A stretch of DNA of 64,000 nt, taken from NCBI GenBank assembly GCA_040285825.1, contig JAUPSS010000003.1:1612001-1676000 (forward strand). The letters are read 5' to 3'. This document shows positions 33,784 through 45,538 of the stretch, piece by piece. The notes beneath the pieces are model-generated. The model was not told the origin of the DNA and did no database searches. It worked only from the letters and a program-made list of their open reading frames with translations. Position 1 is the first letter of the stretch, and each line of letters starts with the position of its first letter. A program made the position numbers and the translations under genes. Source of the stretch: Eukaryota sp. TZLM1-RC. Lineage: Eukaryota; Protista; Metamonada: BaSk clade.

Positions 33784-34665
33784 CGGCTAGGAGCACAAAA
33801 ATGTCAAATAGTAGTAACCCGTTGAGATTATTGGAATATGAAGATGAAAATCAAGTTTATCTTTTCAAAACTGATTTATAGGTTTTGAATAAAATTAAAA
33901 TTAATAAAAAAATAGAACAGAAATTCACAGATGGATTATATTTTTTCTTCATCATTTTAATTTACTTTCCAAACCACAGTCTAAAAAATTTTGAGCTCTT
34001 TCATTTCCTTCAAGATACTGATCCACAACATAAATCATATCAAGAACAGCATAGAACGATTCCATAGACATACACACTTCTTGCAAGTGAGTAATCCATG
34101 TCTAAGGACGGCTGGAGTCTTTGCTTTCCTGTAAAATCTTCTATTAGGTAGTTTTCTTTACATTTTCGCCTTCTTTTCCATCAAATACAAATGCATGACA
34201 TTGACAATTTGTCCTATATTCATCCAGTAGCAATAGACGGAAGTTACGTTTTTTAAACATCTTTCGATAACCAACGTTCTTTGTAGGTGCTTGATGTTTA
34301 AAATTGGTTTGCTTCCAATTACCCATCACTACAATGGTATTTTCTGTACCTCCAAACTTTTTTTTTCAAATTCATTCATCCATTTTGCTTCAAACCGCTC
34401 TGTGGCCATCAATCTTCGCAGTTTCATGACTCTCAATTCTTTATTAAAATAAAAAGCTCCAACATGGAGAGAACAGTTGTGTTTTACCTTGCAGTAATAT
34501 AAGAATTCTTCATGATCTAGGTTTTTTTTGAAAATTATTGTAGTTCTTCTTCCCATTCCTTTACAGTTTTGTTTTGATAAATCCATGATTCTTTGGCATC
34601 CCTATAGAATTTTTGACGGTCTATGTTTAGAGTTTCTCTTCTCCTTTGAGAAGCAGTGAGCCCAA
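33784..34665 (-). mobile_element. Fanzor (eukaryotic TnpB-like RuvC nuclease) element remnant, copy A: 5'-truncated, frameshifted, 3' end abutting the SEC15 ATG
   Basis: Across frameshifts: LTASQRRRET...FLYY...FY..KELRVMKL...KKFGGTENTIVVMGNW...APTKNVGYRKMFKKRNFRLLLLDEYRTNCQC...HGLLTCKKC..LWNR, the Fanzor RuvC-II, zinc finger and RuvC-III pattern. A roughly 120-nt insertion containing an RLE tail (about 33865-33985) interrupts the 3' region. Confidence 0.85.
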
Positions 34666-34669
34666 TTTT

Positions 34670-35280
34670 GCCCAATTATTCAACTTGTAAATGTGGTAAA
34701 CCTCTTTAGTTTACTCATTTTTTGAACTGTCAGCATATTATTACATTAAGAAGTAAAGTGGATAATAATGTCAGAGACCAGATTTCTGTCATGTGCAAAC
34801 CCCATCGAGTATATTCCTTTTTAGAGCCTTTGCTTTCAAAATTAATTTTCGATGACCCCAATATTGATAGTACGCGCTACAACAGAGCTTCTATGGGTCT
34901 GACAAGAGGTGATTTGGTTGTTGACGGCTTAACTGGACGCTTTTAGATGCTATGTCCATTGACCCTTGTAATTCTTTTAACGAACATTTTATTTATACTG
35001 ATGTTAATAATCCTCTTTTTGCTGGGGGAAAATACAAAATTGATGAATATGCGAAACCTATTTCTTCTGTCAATGAAAATTCTCATGCCCAAAATAATTC
35101 ATGTCCCTTTGATTATTCATTGCTTGGATCTTTAGGTAAGGCTGCTTGGCTTTCCTTGAGGATTTCACTGTAGTTCTGTAGTTGTAAAGGAAAGGGCTGG
35201 AAGGTTTTCAATCGTGTTGTCTGGTAAAACAAGATTTTATTTTCTATTTGTAAAAGATTGGTGAAATTACTTTCCGATTT
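34670..35280 (+). mobile_element. RLE non-LTR fragment (CCHC + RLE), family B-like
   Basis: CKCGK...HFLNC, TRGDLVV, SIDPCN, KYKIDEY, CPFDYSLLGSLG. Confidence 0.75.
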
Positions 35281-36540
35281 TTTTTATTTAAATTTAATTT
35301 TATTCTAAACCTATAAATCAACATCTAAAAAATCCATCTCTCCCAAAACAAAAACACTAGATGCAACTCTCTCATAGTGAGATCCAAGAGAAAGCAAAGC
35401 ATCAGAAACCATCTTCAACATCCCCTTAAAAATAGAAAACACAATTCTATTTTGCTAAAACAATCTGTTGAAATTTCTGCCAGTTCTTCTCTTTACAATC
35501 ATTTCAAAATCATCCAAAAAACGAAAAGCAGTTGGTGCAAGTGAACCAAAAAGGGAAAATACAAATGGATACAAATTGTATTTTGCATGCTGTAGACTGG
35601 CCAATTTGGACAAAGGTTCATTGTATTTTTTGAATTTAAAATTTTCAGCATTTGAAAGGGGATTATGAATTTCAGAATCAACAATCCTTTCATTTGAGGC
35701 ATTACAAGGATCAACAGACATTATATCCAATAAAATGAAGCTTCCATCTAATCCAGGTAATATGACATCACCTCTATTATTCTTATGAAAATCATTTTCA
35801 GCATCAAACAGATTTGACAACAGAGGTTCCAAGAAGGATTCAATTCTATGAGATTTACACATACAATATAACTGGTCTCTAACAGCATCATGAACCTTGC
35901 TTCTAAAAGTAATAAAATGTTTACAATTTAGCAAATGAATAGTTGTAATTTCTCGAGAACATTTACAAATTAAATTATGAGGTAAATTATCAGGCCAAAT
36001 AAAGGAACGAAATCTCATATTCAGAGTCCAAGCAGAATCGGATAAGAGAGTACCATAAACTTGTGGAATTGTTGTTACTAAGGCAGAAGAAGTACTGTCA
36101 CACATATCTTGTAAAAGATTTGCAAAAGCGGGATTCTTTTTCTTGGCCAAGCCAAGTCTAACATCAAAATCCAAGCTTTCAAAAATCTCTGACAATTTTT
36201 GTTGAAGCTTTTTACAGCAAAACTGTAAATTAAATAGAGATCGGTTTGGAATTTCGTGAATTGATTGAGGAAAACATTTGGTCCAAATTTGTGGCGGCAA
36301 TTTTTCAAGTTCACAAGATAACTCATACAAATAGGGACTACAATTGGGGACTAACAGATGAGAATCATCAGGAAATCTACGAGAAAATTCATAAATAAAA
36401 TTTTTGCCACCACCCAAGAACGCTGATTGACACAAAATTGAAGATTTAGTAAATCCAATACCCCCCAAATTTGCTGAAGAAAATAAGTGACTTTTCAACA
36501 TTCCTGGTTCTACATCCAATAAATCAGCAAAAAAATTCGA
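35281..36540 (-). mobile_element. RLE non-LTR retrotransposon family B, 3' half with A-tail
   Basis: ORF 35455-36519: LGGIGF, CKC...HLLNC, HDAVRD, RGDVIL...DIMSVDP, KFKKY, PFVFSLFG. Confidence 0.88.
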
Positions 36541-38839
36541 TTTTCTTTCCGATTCGTTATCTTCTTTTGGTAAATTTTCTGAATTTTTGGTGATTGACTG
36601 TTTCGATGTAGATGAGGCAGGTTTTGAAGAAGTGGAGCTTTAGTTGTGTATTTGAGGATTGTTTATTCGTTTTTTGATAAGTATATAAGCGTACATTAAA
36701 AATGAATTGCTGTAACATTATTATTAGTCAGCTCATCTCATAAAATTCAGTCAAGTACGGATCCTTTTCGCCTTTATCTGGCTTCTTTAGGCGACTCTTC
36801 TCAATTTTGTCTTTTGTTATAAGGTGCAAGGAGCAACTCACAGTTTTCTCCAATTGACTGATTGCAATAGCGAAAACTCAAAAAACACGCAGTAACATTT
36901 TTTCAAAGTATTCTTCCTGTTCCTTCAGGATATTGACATTACAAAACATACTGGAATCTCGTCCGAGCGAAAGACTTTGAAACTCAACAGAAGACTCCTT
37001 TTGCAATGAATGTTGTTACACAAAATTTCGCAGTTCCAGAGCTCGCTTGGAGAACTTCCTCCCACAACAAAACAGCCTAAACTTCTGTGACGATATTCAT
37101 GATTAGTATTTCAAATCTATTCTACATTTAACAAGTTTTATTGAATAAAGATTAATTAACTAAATTAACAAACAATAATGTGTATGGAATCAATACTCCA
37201 GGCACACTGCTTTGATGACCAAATTGGTTTGAGTTGAATCTGAACTATGGTTCAACATCCCTAAAGCTGTTACAATATACGTATAATAATATATTATTTT
37301 ATTTTATATTATTGGCCTCTTTCCCCAGAAATTCTAGAATGTGAGAATCCAAAAGTCGTCTTATACCAAGAGAAGTTGAACGACTAATACCAATTGAATA
37401 GTTTCAAGATTCCCATATTAATCAGACATGTTTTAATGGAACCATTGCGTACTTTTCATCCAACTGTTAACAAATTTAAATCATTGAATGTAGCATATAA
37501 ATTGATACTACCATTGAGACCAAATTTGATATCAGCAGGAGGTGAATGTATTGCTGGTGTAAATCAGTTAGTAACTCTATTTAATTTCTCCCACAAGAGG
37601 TGTTTGGAAAAGATGATGAAATGAATAATCAAAGTGAAATTCAATTTACGAACAAATACCAAAAAAATGACTAAATTGGATTCCAAAGGATATTTAATTA
37701 TTTAAGAACAGACTTTGATTCAATTCCAACATTCATCAGTTATTTTGATCTACTCCTCCTTTTTTTGCTCTGGCCTATTATAAAACAAACAAGGTGTAAT
37801 CAATATCAATTGGATGCAAAAGGTCCCAGATATTTTATGAATTCAATGGTGGTGTTTAGGGTTGGACTAACGACTCAATTGCATCTTGTACTTCCCTTGG
37901 AAGTGGTAGATACGTTCTGCTTAAGTTTTCTGGAAGATTTGGAGACATGAAGGCTTGATTGATAAGGACCCAGAATTGATCAATGTTGCAATTGACAAAA
38001 TTCAGAAATATACATACAAAAATGGAATTGATTTCTCCAATCACAAGATTGTCGTATACTGGAACATCAATGCATTGATTGAACTACACTTTGCTAACTT
38101 AAGATACACGGTTAACGAGAACAAAAAGGCAATTTTTAACCCATGTAAACTTCATATAGGTTTAAACGTCCAATTGCTCAATTTTTGTCAATTTTTCCCA
38201 CAACTGATTAGTTGTTTTATGTTTAGTTTTATGTTTAGATATGTTGTCTTAGATGCCGAACTACGGCTAGAAAATATAATTTGACCTTTATCTTGACATA
38301 TGCAGATGTTATGGAAATTGCAGGATTTCACATGTAGGAGACGCATGTAAGGAAGTTTTGAGTGACAAGGAAATTTTGTTGAATAGTTGTTTAAAACAAA
38401 CAGTTGCTGCTTTTGTCAGTAAATAATTCACCCAGTAAGACAACATCATCAATTTAAGCAATCAACCTTAATGATAATGAATACCATGAGAAATTGGATT
38501 GATAGATCGACAAACAAAACAGGGACAAAAGCATACCCTTTCGTCAAGCAATTACATGATTTCAAAACAGAGTCAGTGAAACAAATATTTGAATAAACTG
38601 AATAGGTTTTTTGATGGTAAAGCAACAAGTTGTTTCAAGTTGGCAACAAATATACCTTCACCCAACAATTTAACAGTTTGTTCTTTAACAGCCAATGTGA
38701 ACGTGCATTACGTGTAATGACGTGTAATGACGTGTTATGACAATTATGTCAACTGAACATGTTTTCGCATCAAAAATATTTAACAAAGTTAAACAATAAT
38801 TAGAAAGGAAAAGCATAAAAAGAAGATCTATATTCTTCT

Positions 38840-39445
38840 AAACGACTGAGTGTGACTAAGATTAATAATTCCGTCTTTGCTGCCTTTTTGTCAGACATTC
38901 AAAATTGCACTAGTTTAATTTCTCAGCAACCAAGGCCATTAGGTCTTCACTTAACAAATGAAGCTTGGAAACAAAACATGTGTTTGAGACTAGAGTTGTA
39001 TCAAAGCGGACTTTTGGATAATTCCGCTTTTATTTGCAACGAAAAACCGTCTACCAATTTCCATCATACAACAAGGCTGAGGTTCGTAAACGAGACAAAT
39101 TTGCTGAGTCATTGAATGATTTAAATAAGAACCTTTACTCAAAGTTTACTTTTGTTCCTTTTGCCTTCTCGATTTTTGGTAACATTGGTCAGTCTGGTTT
39201 GAATATTTTCAATGATTTTGATAATTTTTGTCGTTCAAGTGGTAAGAATTTTGCTGGATATTTATGGAAGAATCGTATCATTTTTGCTTTGTATAGAAGT
39301 GTTCCCAAGTATTTAAATGTAATGATGTCCAAGCTATACAAGGATTCATCCAGAGTTTGTGTGGAGAATTTTCTTTCTTATGTGTTTTTATTTGATTTGT
39401 TTTGTAATTATGTATCAAATAAATATTATAATAAAAGAAGAAGAA
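38840..39445 (+). mobile_element. RLE non-LTR fragment, family D
   Basis: KAEVRKRDKF...FVPFAFSIFGNIG...YLWKNRIIFALYR. Homologous to 47600-47870 on the opposite strand. Confidence 0.75.
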
Positions 39446-40394
39446 ATAAAATAGCATAATATAGCCAGTTCATAAAGCAGAACAATATAAGCTTAAAATA
39501 CTGAAAATATTGTCACTCTAGAGAACAACAAACCATGAAGCCGATGGTTTTCGTGTTTTTTAACCGACCGTTCCACAGAACAGCAAGCCAACAATTTCAC
39601 AGACCAGAGTCGTTCAAACTACTACTGCAAGAGCAACAAAACTTCTGGATGTACCACTCCCTAGGGGTAATAACTGTTTGGTAGTTTCCATTCAAGCGTT
39701 GAAGAGGAAATCTTGATACATTAAATTTAGTCCCATTAACATTAGAACTGATTTTAAATTTTAGTAGTTTAAATTCTTTTTTAATTCAAGCCAAATCTAG
39801 GTAGAATAATAGTATAATAGAATAATAGTGAAAAAAGCATCTGTGTTATGACTAGGAGATTCCCGAAAAAAATTTCCCATTTTTGATATTTTCCAACTCA
39901 CTTTTTCTCATCTTCTGGATGGTTGCAATGGCTCTTACGTGAACTAGTTTATGTCTAGTAGTAGGAATTGTTGTATATGAAAATGTACTGTAATGAATGA
40001 AAGAGGGGGACTTATCCAGGTTTCAGAACTGTTGGTTTGGAGTGGACAAGGCCTCGGATCACAATGGCTGTGCGACTCATAGATTAGTAGCTGGAAATGG
40101 CATTTTGAAATTACAACGCTATCAAATAGGTGATTTGGTCTCTTTATACACCTGAGCACAATCATGAACTCATTTCAAAAAAAACATTTAAACAAAATTC
40201 TTGCAGCAACACTAATAAATGCAAAATTCAAGTCTACAATGATAACACGGAGTTTTTTAGTTTTGACATAAAAATCCCGATAGTCTATCAATACGATATG
40301 CAGGCTATAAGAATGATTGTCAACAATGAGGTTGTGAACATCACACATAAAACAACAAAATTGTTGGAAAATTGTTGAGAATAAAAGAATTTAT

Positions 40395-41090
40395 CTCAGG
40401 AACAGACACATTTTAAAACTCAACCAAAAACCTCAACTAATGTATTTACCTACTCAAGCCCCATCAATTGAATGACGGGAAGTTTTTGCTATTCCCTTGG
40501 ATAGCAACTCGCTTGTTATAAAACTCCGTGATGTTATTCAAAATTGAGTTAATATCAGGAGGAAGAGCTTTCAATAACGAAAATACAATTCTATACTTCC
40601 AAATCAAAAGGTCGAATGTACTACCGCGTTCTTTGAGAAGTCTTGCTAAATCATCTAAAAAATGAGACCTTCAGTTCCAAGGGTACCAAAAATTGAAATA
40701 GCAATTGGGACAAATTTGATGTTTCTGCCTCTTGCTCCTTTAAGACGTCTTAGAAGGAGAAGGGCTTCGTATTTTGATTCTTTGGAAAGTGCCGCAACTT
40801 TGAGTAAATGTTGAATGTCAGAATTGGAACTTCGTTTCCATGGAGATACGGTAGTACAATCGATAATTAGTTCAGTTCCATCATAACAAGCACATCGAAT
40901 ACGACCTCGTTTTTGGCTCAAACTGAAATTCAATTCATCAAACAGAGGGTTGAACGAACTGGATGATGAACACATTTTAATAGATCATAACTACAATCAC
41001 GAACTGCATTATTGATAAGTGATCTTTTTTGAGTGAATTTGCAGCAGGAAATAAGGTGATTAAAAGATCCATAAGCACCACATTTACATT
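40395..41090 (-). mobile_element. RLE non-LTR fragment, family E, 3' part
   Basis: KCGAY...HLISC, IIDCTTV, KESKY, KFVPIAISIFGTLG. Confidence 0.8.
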
Positions 41091-41218
41091 TGTTAAGAAT
41101 ATGCACTTTGAGTAATTATTAGTAGTCGAAAAAGTAACCTACCTACAAGGATTTTGTACAAGCATTCATTAGGTTCGTCAGTCATAGGGGATGGAATTTG
41201 TTTTTTATCATTATTTTT

Positions 41219-41315
41219 CCTCGCTATGAAGAACGCACTTTTTTGACAATGGAGCGTTTTGCTTCGCCATCATGATGCTTCCGTGGTACCCACGTCATAG
41301 TTACTCTGAGCGAGG
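41219..41315 (+). ncRNA. Box C/D snoRNA, probable snR63/SNORD46 counterpart guiding 2'-O-methylation in LSU rRNA helix 69
   Basis: Terminal stem CCTCGC (41219-24) with GCGAGG (41310-15). Box C ATGAAGA (41226-32), C' ATGATG (41272-77), box D CTGA (41306-09). The 12-nt guide GTCATAGTTACT is the exact complement of the conserved LSU sequence AGUAACUAUGAC. Confidence 0.88.
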
Positions 41316-41466
41316 TCTCTATTTTAACAACGGTTTTGGATCATGTTCACTATTTTCTATATGACACATTGTCTCTCTAATATCAAACGATTTCTAGTTA
41401 ATCTGTGCATGTGGGATCGCAATGAAGAAGTCACATAGGAACTGTTATTTAATTTATTGTACACAA

Positions 41467-42078
41467 CTAGGTCGCAGATGCTTCTTCTCGAAGGGACTGT
41501 TTCAACAACTGTATGGCTTCCCGCCGCACGTGATATTTCATAGGACAGTTGTCTGCACAAAACCGTCCAGATTCATCAAACGGGTTAGATCCTGGACATG
41601 AACAAATGATGTCAGGGGGTACTTCAGCTTTCTTTTGTCGTACTGCCTCTAGCACTTGTTGTCTATTTTTGCTTTGTGCAATTTTGAATCGCTCATGTGC
41701 CCTTCTGGCCATAGCATCAGGAGATAATGTAGGTTTCTTTGTAGGTGATGCCACTTCAGGAAAATCTACACTATGTACATCATTGTTATTCAATTTATGT
41801 TTAACAGTGGCCTTTGGTTTTGGCTTATGTGCACGCTTTGGCTTTAATGTTGGATACTGTATTTGCGGTTTTCGCTGATGAACCCATAAAGTGGATGATT
41901 GAACTGGTTCCTTAGGCTGATTTGACACATAATCTCGTACTCTGATTAAGGTGCGTTCTTTAAAAGATTGAAGGTTTTCAGGATCAGTATCTTTTGTGGA
42001 AAACCTGTTATTCAACGCCAAAACAAAAGCTGAGCTTTGTTCTGGAGGATTGACGATAACTTCAGGAACGTTGACCAT
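41467..42078 (-). CDS. Probable CCDC15-like centriolar protein (short)
   Basis: C-terminal ICSCPG..PFD....CADNCPM resembles the CCDC15 C-terminal LCSC...CANNC motif; intact 203-aa ORF. Confidence 0.5.
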   Translation of the reverse strand: MVNVPEVIVNPPEQSSAFVLALNNRFSTKDTDPENLQSFKERTLIRVRDYVSNQPKEPVQSSTLWVHQRKPQIQYPTLKPKRAHKPKPKATVKHKLNNNDVHSVDFPEVASPTKKPTLSPDAMARRAHERFKIAQSKNRQQVLEAVRQKKAEVPPDIICSCPGSNPFDESGRFCADNCPMKYHVRREAIQLLKQSLREEASAT

Positions 42079-42399
42079 GATGCAGTCTATAACAATGAAA
42101 TAGTGAAATAAGATTCTCTCAAATTCGCAACACCCACTCTCTCAATTAAGCTGCATCTCATCTCAAGCTGCAAATCAACAGTAAGAAAGTTGTAGTAACA
42201 CACTACGTTTTAGTTCCTTCAACATCGAAGGTCCTACCCTTGTGGGTACATGGTAATCTTCCGATGGCTCAATCCGAGCAGGATAGATTCGGGCTATGTG
42301 TATTTTAAGGTTGTCTCTCAAAAATATTCATCATCATTGTTAAATCACCATCTGCAAGATGGCATCCACTAATAATATTAAACATAATTAAAAATAATT

Positions 42400-43290
42400 T
42401 CTTTTTTTATACTGTATTTTTATTGAAATAAAATTCTATCTAGTATTCAATATTCTCCAAACAATCATCACCATTACTAAACCTACTCACAGCATTTCGT
42501 TCATATTCTACACCAATAGCTAAAAGAGCCTTAGAAATCATTGTTGGAATAGACTTGAACTTTAAAAAAACAATTCTATTTAACCAGAAAGTCGAATTCA
42601 TTTTTTTACGAGATCTATTCAGTAAAACTTTTTTGAAGTTTTCAAAAAAGTGTAACCCTGAAGGTCCAATATTGCCAAAAAGCGAAATTGCAAACATCAC
42701 CTACTGATATTTCACATGTTCCATTCTACATATGTTTTTATCTTCTTTTTTTTCGGCGTTAGATAACGGAGAATCAGCGGAATACACTAATCGAGCAGCA
42801 CAATTTTTGTAAACATCAACCGAGACAACATCCACAACATTGAGAACACCATCGATCCCTGGAGCTACTAAATCTGCCCTTCTTTTACCAAAGGAATCAT
42901 CAGTTTGATCTGAAGACAGCTTACGTACTAATGGCTCAATAAATGCCTCTATATTGAAACTTTTGCACATGACATATAATTGATCACGAACTGAGTCATG
43001 ATCAATTGAGCGATAAGTTATAAAATACTTACAGTTTAAAATATGTAAAAAAGGCGTAACAACACTCTTGCAGCGACAAATCATTTGGTAAACAACAAGG
43101 CCATAGAAAACATCTCATTCTCATTGCAGTGGTCCATTGGGGATCATTAAGTAGAAGACCGTAAATGTTGGGAATTTGGAAGATTAGGCAACTTGAGCAA
43201 CTGTCTTCAAGATCAATCAAAAATTTTGCAAAAATGGGATTTTTTTCTTTAGCCAAACAAGGACGTACAATATAATCCAAGTTTTCTAAA
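42400..43290 (-). mobile_element. RLE non-LTR fragment, family C
   Basis: CRCK...HILNC, HDSVRD, RRADLV...VVDV, FAISLFGNIG, FWLNRIVF; A-tail near 42400. Confidence 0.82.
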
Positions 43291-43554
43291 AAATGATAAT
43301 TTCTTTTAGGTCAAATATTCAAAAAACTCAACTAATAATTGTAATTGAAAAAACTAACTGATCCATATAAGTTTGAATTTTTTGGGTTCTGCGCTGTTTT
43401 TTCCAAGGATTTACTAAAACTCATAAATCAAACTCCAATGAAAAAAAAATTTATCTTTACAAAAGTTTGTAAATTGAATTGTTACTATTGTGAAACGGAA
43501 GTATTTAGGGTTATCGATTGAAATAAGAAGAAAGCAAATATACACAAATATTAT

Positions 43555-44460
43555 TCACAGATTTAACCGTTGCTGAACTACTTCATGCAAAACACCCCCC
43601 ATTAGATCAATGGCCAATCTAGCAGTGGTGTTATCAGAGGCAGGGCTTTTATCGTCCTTGTTTTTGAATTTTGAAACAACATCTTCAATTGTGTCAATCA
43701 AATAGTCAGATGAAGTCAGGAGTGGCTTAGATGACAACGTTTGGGCCCAAAAGCGTTTCCACAAAGCACTGAGAACTATTTCATCCCTTGACGTCTTGAA
43801 AAAGCTAGTCTTTAGCTGATAATAATCACCTGCATGAGCACCAAAGTCTTCAATCTTGCTGGTTGGAACAACTTCCCAAGATTCACTGGACTTACAAGGA
43901 CTATAACCATCAGGGTAGCAAATAAAGGATCCAATTTCTACAGATCCAGCAGCAGCAGTGCGAACAGGGTCGATGACAACAGCTACCCATGGGCCCATTT
44001 GTTGGTTGGTGCGTTGGGTCATGACATCAATACCTGATAACCAACAGCCATAAGAAGGGTGACTGTGATACCAACCACACATGAACTCAGATCGGCCCAG
44101 TTTTTCACTCAAGTCACGGAACTGAGTCATGTACACGTCAGCATCAGCACCTGCATTAACTCTAGTTTCAGTACCTTCTACAGGAAGAGGGAAAGCATCT
44201 AGTATAACAAAGGTATTTTCAATGACTCTTCCGCTCATAACTCCCATGATTTCAAGGTTTCCACCGGAATGTGCATGTGTAACGAGTTTCAGGAGTGCTA
44301 TAGCTGATATGCGTACATTTTTGAAGTATTGAAAGTCCTTCTTCCATGGACGTTCCTCTCTGATTTTACGTTCTGTTTCACTGATTTCACCAAAGATCAT
44401 GTCATCATCAGTTAAGACACAGTTTTCGATAAGCCATTGTTGATAAGCAATATCTTGCAT
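43555..44460 (-). CDS. COPS5: COP9 signalosome subunit 5 (JAMM deneddylase)
   Basis: RPWKKDFQYFKNVRISAIALLK, GGNLEIMG, LPVEGTETRVNA, GWYHSHPSYGCWLSGIDV, SKIEDFGAHA. Confidence 0.96.
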   Translation of the reverse strand: MQDIAYQQWLIENCVLTDDDMIFGEISETERKIREERPWKKDFQYFKNVRISAIALLKLVTHAHSGGNLEIMGVMSGRVIENTFVILDAFPLPVEGTETRVNAGADADVYMTQFRDLSEKLGRSEFMCGWYHSHPSYGCWLSGIDVMTQRTNQQMGPWVAVVIDPVRTAAAGSVEIGSFICYPDGYSPCKSSESWEVVPTSKIEDFGAHAGDYYQLKTSFFKTSRDEIVLSALWKRFWAQTLSSKPLLTSSDYLIDTIEDVVSKFKNKDDKSPASDNTTARLAIDLMGGVLHEVVQQRLNL

Positions 44461-44530
44461 TGGCTAACAGCACAAAAATACAAGATATTAGTTGTTACTG
44501 GAATAAAGAAAAGAAATGAATTATGATAAA
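44461..44530 (-). mobile_element. Isolated, more diverged 3' terminal segment of the Fanzor element (copy C), abutting the CSN5 ATG
   Basis: Minus strand ATTCATTTC...TATTCCAGTAA...ATTTTTGTGCTGTTAGCCA|ATG aligns with the ends of copies A and B. Confidence 0.7.
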
Positions 44531-45147
44531 ATCATGACAAACTTTAAAAGAATGTGTCTGAAATTCAATTCCTTATTGGCAATATGATTATCCATGCCTC
44601 AGAAGTATCACAGTCTTCTTCTTGTGTAAGGTATTGGGTTAATTACCCGATGTTTATTACATTGTTTTGCTCACATGTACATATTCTACTTATTCTGTGC
44701 CTAGAATTAATGAATATGAATTAGGTATTTAAAAATTGTATTAGAGTTGAACTGTTTCGAATCACCTATCACCACAATGTTAGGTGCCCAATGAAGTTGA
44801 ATCAACCAGGCATTGTTTAGAAAAATAATGAGTGAAGCAGATCTAGAAAGCACAGTTCTATCCATTTTCAAGTAGAAGAAAATGCTACGTATAGAAGCAC
44901 TGTTCAAAGAGGGACGTAGCCTCATTGCAATTGTGCAATATTCAATAGTAATAGCTTCGTAAAAAAAGAAAAAAAATGGAAATTTGCAATTTTTTTGCCC
45001 CATTGATGTCGATGTCCATTGATATATGATTACTGTTGGAAGGTCTGACGACGTGAAAGTAAGTTTTCATGATGATGAAATGAGAACACACCAATCCAAT
45101 TTTTTCACAATGTCAACATCAAAATAAATTTCCAACTTTGCTCTCTG

Positions 45148-45538
45148 ATCAAGCACCTACAAAGAATGTTGGTTATCGAAAGATGTTTAAAAAACGTAAC
45201 TTCCGTCTATTGCTACTGGATGAATATAGGACAAATTGTCAATGTCATGCATTTGTATTTGATGGAAAAGAAGGCGAAAATGTAAAGAAACATCGAGTAC
45301 CTAACCCAAGACCTTACAGGAAAGTAAAGACTCCAACGGTCCTTAGACATAGATTACTCACTTACAAGAAGTGTGGATGTCTATGGAATCGTAATGTCAA
45401 TGCTGTTCTTGATATGATTCATGTAGTAGATCAGAATCTTAAAGGAATTGAAAAATCTCAAGTTTTGATTCATTTCAACTTCATATTCCAGTAATCTCAA
45501 CAAGTTACTACTGTTTGACATTTTTGTGCTATTAAACG
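45148..45538 (+). mobile_element. Fanzor element remnant, copy B (RuvC-II, zinc finger, RuvC-III and terminal non-coding segment), 3' end abutting the WD40 gene ATG
   Basis: QAPTKNVGYRKMFKKRNFRLLLLDEYRTNCQC...PNPRPYR...RHRLLTYKKCGCLWNRNVNAVLDM. Highly similar in DNA to 33986-34295 on the opposite strand. RuvC-III NRD reads NRN. Confidence 0.88.

Noticed and set aside
33784-33810. Fanzor end acting as a spliceosomal 3' acceptor (T-rich tract + TAG just before the ATG), making the element an intron
   Set aside because: Copy B has TAA rather than TAG at that position, and none of the three copies has the A at -7 found in all nine real introns.
44707-45003. IVVIGDSKQ resembling SF1 helicase motif III (possible Helitron partner of the Fanzor)
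   Set aside because: It is a single short motif with no other helicase or Rep motifs, and no Helitron-type terminus fits the ATG junctions.
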